Notes under the pieces: model-generated | What the model was told of the DNA's origin: nothing | The model's input: the letters and a program-made list of their open reading frames with translations, nothing else | The model's database searches: none | Shown: one piece after another, positions 1 through 14,830 of the stretch | Numbering within the stretch: the stretch's first letter is position 1 | How the letters are laid out: each line of letters starts with the position of its first letter | Source of the DNA: the human T2T-CHM13v2.0 reference genome, Homo sapiens | Assembly (NCBI RefSeq): GCF_009914755.1 | Contig: NC_060948.1 | Reading direction: 5' to 3' (one strand) | Length of the DNA: 64,000 nucleotides | Translations under genes and position numbers: made by a program

Positions 1-207
1 CTGGGTTCAGGCGATTCTCCTGGCTCAGTCTCCCAAGTAGCTGGGACTACAGGTGCATACAATCATGCCTGGCTAATTTTTGTATTTTTAGTAGAGACGG
101 GGTTTTACCATGTTGTCCCGGCTGGTCTTGAACTCCTGACCTTGTGATCCACCCACCTTGGCCTCCCAAAGTGCTGGGATTATAGGCATGAGCCACTGAG
201 GCCAGCC
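1..207 (-). mobile_element. Alu SINE (AluS-like), cut by window edge
   Basis: Antisense Alu consensus (CCTCCCAAAGTGCTGGGATTATAGG, GTAGAGACGGGGTTT); inserted in the L1 that follows. Confidence 0.95.
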
Positions 208-2822
<2,615 letters not shown>

Positions 2823-2829
2823 AAATTTT

Positions 2830-4150
2830 AAAATATTTTCTTGTTGAATTGACCCTTTTATTATTATATAACATTTTTTGCCTCTTTGAATAGTTTTTTG
2901 CATGAAGTCTATTTTATCTGTTATTGTAGTCATTCCTGCTCTTTTTGGTTACTATTGCCTGAATTATCTTTTTTCATCATTTCACCTTCAGTATGTATGT
3001 CATTAGATCTAAGATAGATGACATATAGTTGGATTGTGTTTTCTTTTGTTGTTTTATAGCCAGTCATTAATAGTCTCCAATGTTACAATGTTATTTTCTT
3101 TCTTCTTCTTTTTTTTTTTTTTTTGAGACAGAGTCTCTCTTTCTTTTTTTTTTTTTTGAGATGGAGTCTTGCTCTATCACCCCACCTTGAGTGCAGTGGC
3201 ACAATCTCAGCTCACTGTAATGTCCTACTCCTGGGTTCAAGTGATTCTTGTGCCTCAGCCTCCTGAGGGGCTGGGATTACAGTTGTGTGCCACCACACCC
3301 AGCTAATTTTTATATTTTTAGTAGAGATTGGGTTTTGCTACTTTGGCCAGGCTAGTCTCCTGGCCTCAAATGATCCATCAGCCTCAACCTCCTAAAGTGC
3401 TAGGATTACAGGCCTGAGCCCCTGCACATGGACACTCCAATGTTATTTTTAGATTTCAATCTATTTACATTTAAATTAGATTATAATAGGGGAAGGACTT
3501 ACTATTGCCATTTTGTTAATTATTTTCTGTTTAGCTTTTTTGTTCCTGCTTACGTCTTAGTGCCTTCCTTTGTGTTTAGTTTTTTTTTTTTTTTTTTGGT
3601 AGTGATTCCTTGCTAATTTCTTTTGTGTATATTCTGGATATATTATGTTTACAATATTATCATTGCAATTAAATATCTTAAAGTTTATAACATTCTATTT
3701 TAAATTGATATAACTTAACTTCAATCACATATATGTGCCTCTTTAGCTGTAACCTCCATACTTGGTTATGTTTATTCATTAGCATAAATTTATCCTTACT
3801 TTTTCTTTTTTTATTTAAGAATTATGTGGGAAACTTTTATTTTTTACTCATTTTTGAAGGATAGTTTGCCAGTACAGTTTATTTGGTTGGCAGTTTTAAA
3901 ATGTCAGCACTTTAAATGTATCATCACACTGCCTTCTGGCCTGCAATGTTTCTGTTGAGAAATTACTGATAATCTGATAACTCTTCTTGATTTTACTTGG
4001 CATGGGTGCTGTAGTTTCTCAGCTGATCTTGAGAGCTCTCATAAAGATATTCTGGTCTGCAGTTTATTCTTAACTTGGTGTCTCAGTGGTGGAATGAGGG
4101 CCTGGAGAGTTCTAGTATACCATCTTATGGACATCATTCTTTGCTGTTAC
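2830..4150 (-). mobile_element. Ancient L1M fragments (interrupted by Alu)
   Basis: Degenerate L1 EN/ORF1-region motifs (TTGAATTGACCCTTTTATTATTATATAA; CACTGCCTTCTGGCCTGCAATGTTTCTGTTGAGAAAT). Confidence 0.65.
3095..3428 (-). mobile_element. Alu (AluS/J) with a second tiny Alu 3' end in its tail
   Basis: Alu consensus; two T-runs each followed by GAGA(C/T)(A/G)GAGTCT; CAATGTTATTTT on both flanks (TSD). Confidence 0.9.
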
Positions 4151-4344
4151 TTGAGATTTTAGGCAGGCATAATTCATTTGCCAATATTTTTCCTACCAAT
4201 AAGCCCAGCGATCTGATTTAATAAGTCCTTAAAGTTAAGGACTTTATTCTGATGCACTCTCAAGTTTGTGAATCTTTGCTAAAGAGCGCTTGAAGGAAGT
4301 TACAAAATAATTATGCAACGTATTGTGTTTTATGTGAAAAATTA

Positions 4345-4735
<391 letters not shown>

Positions 4736-5496
4736 TCATATTCATACTTTTATGTAAGCTTTTTACAGGGCAAGTTTTCATTCAATAAGTATACTTTTTA
4801 ATGCACATGTAAATAATGTGCATTTCATAAATCTTGTATGGTCTCCCATGAGTTAAATTCTTCAAAGGTAAATAAAATTCAGAAGCAGAGTCAGCAAGCA
4901 AAACTCAAAAGGCTGGAAAAGATGTGGCGTGAGTAACTGCATGAGTATTTTGTTTTTTAAAATTAACTGCCCCAGGGGTAGTTAATGTAAATCATGTTAG
5001 AAATACAGTTTTTCCATACTCAGTAGCTATTAGGTAGTCAAAATTAAGTTGGCCTCATGGATTTTGTTTTATTATACATATATTTTTGCTCATAAAATTT
5101 TGTTTAATATATTATTCCTGTTTTGTTTTGATATCTGCTTTTATTTCTAAATAAATTTCTACCTTATTTTAAGGTACGTGTTTGAATATTGGTAGACAAC
5201 AGATGACATGACATGTATATATATGTTTCTGTGTATGTATGTCCATATATATATGTTTGGGGATTCATGTATTCATGCATGGATATACACAAGAAATACA
5301 TACAGACAAAAGCTGCTTAATCCCCAATATACTACCAGCTGGAAATGTTGCAGCTCTTTGAGTAGCTTGGCATTTCTGCTACCAGTGAAGTATTATCACT
5401 GTTGCCTGGAGGTATGACATCTATACCTACTCAGATTTTAAAACCATTTTTGTATCCTATGAGGTTGAAATACTTTGTAAATTATTGAAGTTTGAG

Positions 5497-5725
5497 GTCA
5501 CAGGCTGGAGTACAGTGGAGTGATCACAGCTCACTGTAGCCTTGACCTCCCAGGTTCAAGAGATCCTCTCACCTCAGCCTAGCTGCTTATGTTGGCTAAT
5601 TTATTATTATTTTTAAGAATTTTTTTGTAGAAATGGGGGTCTCACTATGTTTCTCAGGCTGGTCTCAAGCTATCCTCCTGCCTCTGCCTTGCAAAGTGGT
5701 GGGATTACAGATGTGAGCCACCACA
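5497..5725 (-). mobile_element. AluJ, partial
   Basis: AluJ-type GATCACAGCTCACTGTAGCCTTGACCTCC and GGGGTCTCACTATGTT. Confidence 0.85.
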
Positions 5726-5759
5726 AAAGCTGTTTTTCTTTATTTTTATTTATTTTTTC

Positions 5760-7680
5760 CTGTCAACTGAAAGTCAGCTTATGGTAAATACATAGGTTTT
5801 TATTCTGTTCCCTTGGTCAGTGTGTCTGTTTATATGCTGTGTCATGCTGCTTTGATTAATATAGTTTGTAATATATTTTGGGTTCTTTTTTTGGTGTTTT
5901 CTCATTAAACTTTGTTTTAATGGTTCTCAAAATGCTGTGACAGATTTTTATTCAAGTTGTTTCAATTAAATAGTACTGGTTTTTAAACCCAGTAACTGAA
6001 AACTGCCATATGCAAAAAAAAAAAAAAAAAATTCAGTGACGAACAAACAACACTCTCCCTACCAGTGACCCATAATACACTCTACTTTCCTTCTCAAGTT
6101 TTATGATGCATTATTTTCATTAATGATTCTTTCATTATTAAACTTAAATGGCCAATTGAAACAAACAGTTCTGAGACTATTCTTCCACCACTGATTAAAA
6201 CTGGGGTAGCAGGTATTAAGGATAACATTCATTTAGCCTTCTGAGACTTTTGGGAAGAACTGAGGACCTTGCCAGCTCCAGCAGCCCTCTTGTCCACTGC
6301 TTTGATGATATACACATCAACTGTCTGTCTCATATCATGAACAGCAAAATGACCCAGAGGATAGTTAGAATAAGTCCACATTCACAGGGGCTTGTCAGGA
6401 ACCCTATCAAGAATGGCAGCATCGCCAGACTTCAATATATATAAGATCATATCATCAGTGAATAGAGATAGTTTCACTTATTTCTTTCCAATTTAGATGA
6501 CATTTATTTATTTTTACCTGATTGCTCTGGCTATCACTTCCCGTACTGTAGTGAATAAGAGTGGTGAGAGTAGACGTCCTTGTCTCATTCCTGATCTTTG
6601 GGGAAAAGCTTCTGAGTATAATGTGGCTGCAAGTTAGTAATATATATGGCCTTTATTGTGTTGAGTTACATTCCTAATTTGTTGAGATTTTTATTATAAA
6701 AAGATGTGGAATTTTGTCAAAGCCTGTCTGCATCTATTGAGATGATCATATGGTTTTGTCCTTCATTCTGTTAATGTTATATATTGCATATATTCATGTG
6801 TATATATTAAACCATTCTTGCATCCCAGGGATAAATCTCAATTGATCATGGCAAATGTTCTTTTAACATGCTGTCTTTTAGTCTGCTAGCATTTGTTTGA
6901 GACAGTTTGCATCTATGTTTATCAGGAATATTGGCCTATATTTTCTTTCCTTGTGATATTCTTGTTTGGCTTGGGTTTAGGGTAATTCTAGCCTTAGAAA
7001 ATAAGTTTGGAAGTATTGCATCTCCTTTAACTTTCTGGACGGGGTTGGCAAGGGATTGGCATTAGTTTTTCTTAAATTATGTGGTAGAATTCACCCAGAA
7101 GCCATCAAATCTTGGGATTTGCTTTGATGAAAGACTTTCTTGTTTTTTGAGACAGGGTCTTGCTCTGTCACCCACATTGGAGTGAAGTGGTGAGATCACT
7201 GCTCACCACAACCTTGATCATGGGAAAGTGTTTATTACTGATTCAGTTTCCTTACTAATAATTTGGTTTGTTCATTTTTTATTTCTTCATGTTCACCTTT
7301 GATAGGTTTTATATTTCTATGAATTTATTCATTTCTTCTATGTTACCTCATTGTTTGGTATAAAATTTTTGGTTTGTAATAGTTTCATAATCTTTGTACC
7401 TTTGTGATATAAGATGTAATGTCCCCTCTTATTTCTGGTTTTATTTATTTTAGTCTTCTTTCATTTTTTTCTTAGTGTAAAGATTTATCAAATTTGCTTA
7501 TTTTTCACTAAGTTAAATCTCAGTTTTGTTAATCTTTTAAAATGTTTTTCTAGTCCTATTTTATTTCTTTTCTCATCTTTCTGCTCTTCTGCTAACTTTT
7601 GGCTTAGATTGTTCTTTTCTAATTTCTTGAGGTAAAACAGTAGGTTCTTATTTGAGATCTTCCTTCTTTTATGATGCAGG
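5760..7680 (-). mobile_element. L1MA-type ORF2 fragment, antisense; hosts the EEF1A1 retrocopy and a small Alu piece (7142-7220)
   Basis: Colinear with antisense L1 ORF2 (CTGCATCTATTGAGATGATCATATGG; TTGCATCCCAGGGATAAATC). Confidence 0.85.
5886..6435 (-). pseudogene. EEF1A1: EEF1A1 processed pseudogene, 5'-truncated (last ~68 codons plus 3' UTR and degenerate A tail)
   Basis: Minus frame 6435-6229 gives [67 protein letters not shown], the eEF1A1 C-terminus with one internal stop; followed by the EEF1A1 3' UTR (CAGTGGTGGAAGAA..TCTCAGAACTGTTTGTTTCAATTGGCCATTTAAG). Symbol is the parent gene; pseudogene number unknown. Confidence 0.96.
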
Positions 7681-7689
7681 TTATCCTTC

Positions 7690-8335
7690 CTTACACATGA
7701 TCTAACAATTCCAGTTCTGGGTATTTATCCAAGGAAATTGAAATCAGCATGTGGAAGAGTTATCTGCACTTCCATGTTCACTGCAGTCATTATTCATAAT
7801 AGCCAAGATATAAAATCAACTTAAATGTCCATTAACAAATAAAGGAATACAGAAAATGTGGTGTATCTACACAAGGAAATACGATTAAGCCTTTAACAAA
7901 AGGAACTTCTGGCATTTGTGACAGCATAAATAAACCTACTAGCTATTATATTAAGAGAAATAAGGTAGGTACAGAAAGACAAATACTGCATATATTCACT
8001 TATATGTGGAAATATTAAAAATTGAACTTATCAAAGCAGAGAATATAATGGCCTTGGGGTAGGAGCATATAGGCAATGGGCAGACATTGGTCAAGGGCAC
8101 AAAGTATTACTTAGATAAGAGAAATAAGTAATACATTTTATACTATGATAACTGTAGTTAATAATAATGTATACCTTAAAATTGCTAAAAGTAGGTTTTA
8201 AATGTTCTCATAAAAAGAGTAAGTGTGTGAGGTAATGGATATGTTAATAAGCTTAATTTTTCTACAACATACACATGTATGAGAACGTCATTTTGTACTC
8301 CATTAATATACATTTATAACTTGTCAAGAAAAGCT
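7690..8335 (+). mobile_element. L1MA 3' end, sense
   Basis: ORF2 C-terminal region (CAATTCCAGTTCTGGGTATTTATCCAAGG) followed by L1MA-type 3' UTR. Confidence 0.85.
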
Positions 8336-8554
8336 TTATAGATCTACTGCAGAACAGTGTGAATACAGTTAACACTAGTGAACTGTAAACTTAGAAATTA
8401 GTAAAATGTTAAATTGTTTCCCACACTTACAAATACTACAAAGAATTTAATTTTTCTTTAATTATTCAGTGAGTGAAAACTTTCCTCAATTGGACTAGAA
8501 AGTTGGAATTATTTCTATGAAGTAGTTTTAGGTCCAGTAATGTTTAAATCCTGG

Positions 8555-10103
8555 TGTGTCCGGAATTGGTGGGTTCCTGGTCTCACTGACTTCAAGAATG
8601 AAGCCGCGGACCCTCAGTGTTATAGCTCTTAAGGTGGCGCATCTGGAGTCTGTCCCTTCTGATGTTCAGATGTGTTTGGAGTTTCTTCTTTCTGGTGGGT
8701 TTGTGGTCTCGCTGGCTCAGGAGTGAAGCTGCAGACCTCCGCGGTGAGTGTTACAGCTCTTAAGGTAGCGCCTCTGGAGTTGTTCCTTCCTCCCGGTGGG
8801 CTCTTGGTCTCGCTGGGCTCAGGAGTGAAGCTGCAGATCTTCGCGGTGAGTGTTACAGCTCATAAATGCAGTGTGGACCCGAAGAGTGAGCAGTAGCAAG
8901 CTTTATTGCAAAGAACGAAAAAACAAAGCTTCCACACAGTGGAGAGGGACCCTACCAGGTTGCCAATGCTGGCTCGCCAATGCTGGCTCGGGCAGCCTGC
9001 TTTTATTCTCTTATCTGGCCCCACCCGCATCCTGCTGATTGGTAGAGCCGAGTGGCCTGTTTTGTCAGGGTGCTGATTGGTGCGTTTACAATCCTTGAGC
9101 TAGAAACAGAGTGCTGATTGGTGTATTTATAATCCCTGAGCTAGATATAAAGGTTCTCCAAGGCCCCACCAGAGCCGCTAGATACAGAGTGTGGATTGGT
9201 GCACTCACAAACCTTGAGCTAAACACAGGGTGCTGATTGGTGTGTTTACAAACCTTGAGCTAGATACAGAGTGCCGATTGGTGTATTTACAATCCTTGAG
9301 CTAGATATAAAGGTTCTCAACGTCCTCACCAGAGCAGCTAGATACAGAGTGTCGATTGGTGCACTCACAAACCTTGAGCTAAACACAGGGTCCTGATTGG
9401 TGTATTTACAATCCCTGAGCTAGATATAAAGACTCTCCACGTCTCCACCAGACTCAGGAGCCCAGCTGGCTTCACCTAGTGGATCCCGCACCGGGGCTGC
9501 AGGTGGAGCTGCCTGCCAGTCCCGTGCCGTGCGCTCGCATTGCTCAGCCCTTGGGTGGTCGATGGGACTGGGTGCCGTGGAGCAGGGGGTGGTGCTCGTC
9601 CGGGAGGCTCTGGCCGCACAGGAGCTCATGGAGTGGGTGGGAGGCTCAGGCATGGCGGGCTGCAGGTCCCGAGCCCTGCCCCGCGGGAAGGCAGCTAAGG
9701 CCCGGTGAGAAATCGAGCGCAGCGCCGGTGGGCTGGCACTGCTGGGGGACCCAGTACACCCTCCGCAGCCACTGGCCCGGGTGCTAAGTTCCCCACTGCC
9801 CGGGGCCAGCAGGGCTGGCTGGCTGCTCCGAGTGCGGGGCCCACAAAGTCCATGCCCACCCGGAACTCCAGCTGGCACGCAAGCACCGCACGCAGCCCCG
9901 GTTCCCACTCGCGCCTCTCCCTCCACACCTCCCTGCAAGCTGAGGGAGTGGGCTCTGGCCTTGGCCAGCCCAGAAAGGGGCTCCCACAGTGCAGTGGGGG
10001 GACTGAAGGGCTCCTCAAATGCCACCAAAGTGGGAGCCCAGGCAGGGGAGGTGCCGAGAGCAAGTGAGGGCTCTGAGGACTGCCAGCGCGCTGTTACCTC
10101 TCA
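8555..10103 (-). mobile_element. Solo LTR12C (ERV9/HERV9 LTR), 1549 bp
   Basis: TG...CA termini (TGTGTCCGGAATTGGTGGG ... GTTACCTCTCA), 4-bp TSD CTGG at 8551-8554 and 10104-10107, U5 tandem repeats, GC/CpG-rich U3. Confidence 0.96.
8960..9430 (-). promoter_or_regulatory. LTR12C U3 enhancer repeats and promoter (NF-Y CCAAT array, AATAAA-type TATA box)
   Basis: Eight GATTGG (CCAATC on minus) motifs between ~9035 and 9400 in ~40-bp repeats with TAGATA motifs; TTTATT at 9002-9007 is the ERV9 TATA-like box on minus; LTR poly(A) signal at 8902-8907. Confidence 0.8.
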
Positions 10104-10555
10104 CTGGCACACAGGATTCTGCAGAGGTAGTTTAAACAGGGTTCAGTACAATGAAACCGTAAGGTGGTCGTGGATAGTTATAGCATGATGGGAGAAAATA
10201 ATCCTACATGTGCACACCTAGCCATATCAGCTGCCTTTTTTTTCTTGGTTCATTATTTTTTTCATACTCTTTTTTTTAGTTAGCAGCAGGCTTTTGATCA
10301 CTTTGGCATATTAGATTTGTGGATAGTATTCATTTGAAAATGTATAATGTGGGAAAAAGGTATAAACATGAATACTCTTCAGTATGTTGTTTTATAAATA
10401 TGAGAATTGAGGCTGCCAGTTAAAGTCACATAGTGGTTGATATTGTAGTAAAGCCACATTCTTTATTTCCCCCAACTTTGGACCTTCTCACCGATTATTT
10501 TTATCTGACACTTAGAAGCAAATTACTTTACGTCGACAATATTACACATGTATAC

Positions 10556-11554
10556 CGTGAAAGCTGTCAGATTAAAAATGGAGTCCCTAATGTTAAAAAA
10601 AAATTCCTAACAAATGGAGCCAGGAAAGGCCAGGAATATAGGTACTTGTATGCCTGATAGCAAAGAAGACTCTACAAAACTCTACAACCTTGCACAATGT
10701 CCATCACAAACTATTAGTCCATTTAAGTGGTCTTATTTAAACTAATTTCAAGCCCGTTTAAACTACTATGCAGAATTCTGGATACCAGGATTTAAAGGTT
10801 ATTGGACCAAGTGATTGTTAGTATCACTATTAGTCTGTTCTCATATTGCTATAAAGAAATGTCTGAGACTGGGTAATTTATAAAGAACAGAGGTTTAATT
10901 GGTTCACAGTTCTCCAGGCTGCACAGGAAGCATGGAAACATGTGCTTCTGGGGAGGCCTCAGGGAGCTTTAACTCATGGCAGAAGGCAAAGCAGATACAA
11001 GTGTCTCACATGGCTGGAGCAGGATCCAGAGAGAGAGGGGAAAGTGGCACACACTTTTAAACAACCATATCACAGGAGAGCTCACTATCAGAATGACAGC
11101 ACCAAAGGGGGATTGTGAGCAACTGCCCCCATGATCCAATCACCCCCAAAAAGGGCCCTTGCTTCAATACTGAAGATTTCAATTCAGTGTGAGATTTGGG
11201 TGGGAACACAGATCGGAACCATATCACAAACTTACAAAAAAAATTTCCACAAAAAAATTTCCACAAGACATCTGCCAACAACTGCCTATTCAACCTCAGA
11301 CTAGCATTATGTTTGTTACTTTTCTTTCTGACTTACCCACACACCTGTGTTACTGATCTTTGTAGCCAGGGATAGTTATTTCATAACAGTTATGTAATCC
11401 TCCTCATTTACTACTTTAAAGCTCCTTTGTCTTCCTTTACTGCTCTGAATGTGCACCTAGTTTACTATAGCTTGTGCATTGCTTGCAATTTTCCTTTTCC
11501 AAATAAACACCTTTTCTTTTAAAGAGTCTCTGTGTTTGTTTTTTTAGGTTTACA
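10556..11554 (+). mobile_element. ERV1/MER4-group solo LTR (LTR24-like), split by an MST insertion
   Basis: Starts GTGAAAGCTGTCAGATTAAAAATGGAGTC, has AATAAA, ends TTTAGGTTTACA; halves rejoin at CAAAC; subfamily name tentative. Confidence 0.7.
10828..11226 (-). mobile_element. MST (ERVL-MaLR) solo LTR
   Basis: TATTAGTCTGTTCTCATATTGCTATAAAGAAAT..CTGAGACTGGGTAATTTATAAAG ... AACCATATCA; 5-bp TSD CAAAC at 10707-10711 and 11227-11231. Confidence 0.92.
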
Positions 11555-11627
11555 CTACAATATGTTGCGTTTTAGATCATTGGTAAATAGTACACAGAAA
11601 TTCTGCAAAAAAGGAAAAGTTGAATTT

Positions 11628-11702
11628 GAACTCCTGGCTTCAAGTGATCCGTCTGCCTTGGCCTCCGAAAGTGCTGGGATTACAGTGTGAGCCACTGTGC
11701 CA
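11628..11702 (-). mobile_element. Alu left-arm fragment
   Basis: TGAACTCCTGGCTTCAAGTGATCCGTCTGCCTTGGCCTCC...GAGCCACTGTG. Confidence 0.85.
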
Positions 11703-11719
11703 GAGGTGCCTATCTAAAT

Positions 11720-13275
<1,556 letters not shown>

Positions 13276-14157
13276 GGCCCAATTTTCTTTCTAAGTAGAT
13301 TAATGATGAAAAATACCAGGCAATGGAATTATTTAGGAGGACTCTGCTGCTATAAGAGTTTCTTGTTACTTTGTTTCTGTTTCCTAGTACTGGCTGTTAG
13401 CTTTGAGACTGACTTTTGCACTCCAACAGTTAGAATTAGTCATAATGACTTTCTGGTATCAGCTAGACACTCACCTTTAGCCTCACTTAGGGTTTCCAAG
13501 ATGAATCTGTCCATAGGTTTAGATTCACTCCCTCTGCTTCCAACTTTGTTCTGCTGGACTCTTCTACTGTGAAGGTAAAGCTTGTTGTTTCTTGCTCATG
13601 AAGCAGGAAATATAAGAAAAACAAGTAAAAAGAAAAACAAGTCCTTCCCTGACCAGGCTGACTCACTCCAAAGTCCAGCTACAGCTGTGATAACATTACC
13701 TGCAAGGCCAGGTAGGGGCCCTGAAGAAATGGGTTCCAAAAACAGGGACAAGAGAAACAAGTTCTTATCAGTGTCTTCCTGAAATTCTCTACCCATGCCA
13801 TCATTCTTTGTTCTGCTTGTATAACTATTTTTGTAACTATTTCTGCAAGTTTGCAAGGATTTTGTAAGGTCCTGTTTTTCCCATCTGTGCAGGATGGCAA
13901 AGGTCACAAGACATGCCTGAGTTACAAGACCTGTCACAGTTTAACTGCGTTTGTTCTGCTTCTGTAAGCTTGCTTTCCCCACCCCACAAGTTTTGCACCA
14001 CAGGCCAACACCCTTTGGTCACATGAATAAAAGTCAAGCCCTTTCTTTGCTCATTGCTCAGCCTCTGGGTATTAATCTGCTGAGCTGGTGGCCACCTAAA
14101 TACAATCGTCCTGTTCCCCTCATTGGTCTCTCCGGTCTCCTGATTCCAGCCACATTT

Positions 14158-14175
14158 TGGTGAGCCAGCCAGGAG
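14158..14175 (+). promoter_or_regulatory. Primer-binding site complementary to tRNA-Arg(ACG)
   Basis: TGGTGAGCCAGCCAGGAG 3 nt after the LTR end; reverse complement CTCCTGGCTGGCTCACCA vs tRNA-Arg 3' end CTCCTGGCTGGCTCGCCA (one CpG transition). Confidence 0.88.
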
Positions 14176-14830
14176 TGAAGACGACAGGTTTGCTGTCTCC
14201 TTTGCCTGTGGGTCTGGGGCCCCAGCCTGGGGGAGACCCGTGACTCCAGGCATGCTATCAGGACAACTTCAACCCGAGGGGAGATCAGCTCTCCCGCAAC
14301 CTGGTGCCGCTCTCTGACAGCACAACAGAACCTAAGGGGCTACAGGATGATTCAAGGAACAGTGTGCTACAGGACCTCGGTAAGGTTTGGGCCCGAGGCA
14401 AGACCTGTCCCATGACAGAAGGGGAGCCTCATCACCTCCCAGGGTATACCTAGTAATATGACCCAGGATGCAAGAGTGGCTCGCAAATTTGGAAGAAACC
14501 TACACCCCAACCAACCCAGGACACAAAAGTGGCTTGCTAAGTCAGTTAAGAAACGAAACCGGGAGTGGGGAGGTGTGTGAATGTGTGTGAAACAGACGAT
14601 TCCAAAAGGAACCAACGTGGGGAATGGTGTGTGTGGAGCCACAGGTCTCTTAGCATAGACTGTATGCTAGGGAGGTGCCCCACAGTTTAGTGATTGTGGT
14701 GGTCTGGGTTTGGGACTCAAACCCTCCTTTAAAGCTTAGCAGTGTCTGAAATACTCCTGTGAGGGAGACAGTCTAATCGGTCTGAAGTGAAAGTAAAACA
14801 GTGAGTGAATTGTGCTGTAAATGGGAGGAA

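Noticed and set aside
4860-5420. Possible plus-strand exons (donor-like GTGAGT at ~4929, GAG|GTATGA at ~5411)
   Set aside because: Weak acceptors and no recognisable peptide; such motifs occur by chance
9030-9430. Regularly spaced ~40-bp repeats resembling a CRISPR array
   Set aside because: These are the ERV9 LTR enhancer repeats; no unique spacers, no cas genes, eukaryotic context
9420-10188. Cluster of long overlapping ORFs (up to 202 aa)
   Set aside because: Entirely inside the GC-rich U3 of LTR12C; stop-poor composition, not a gene
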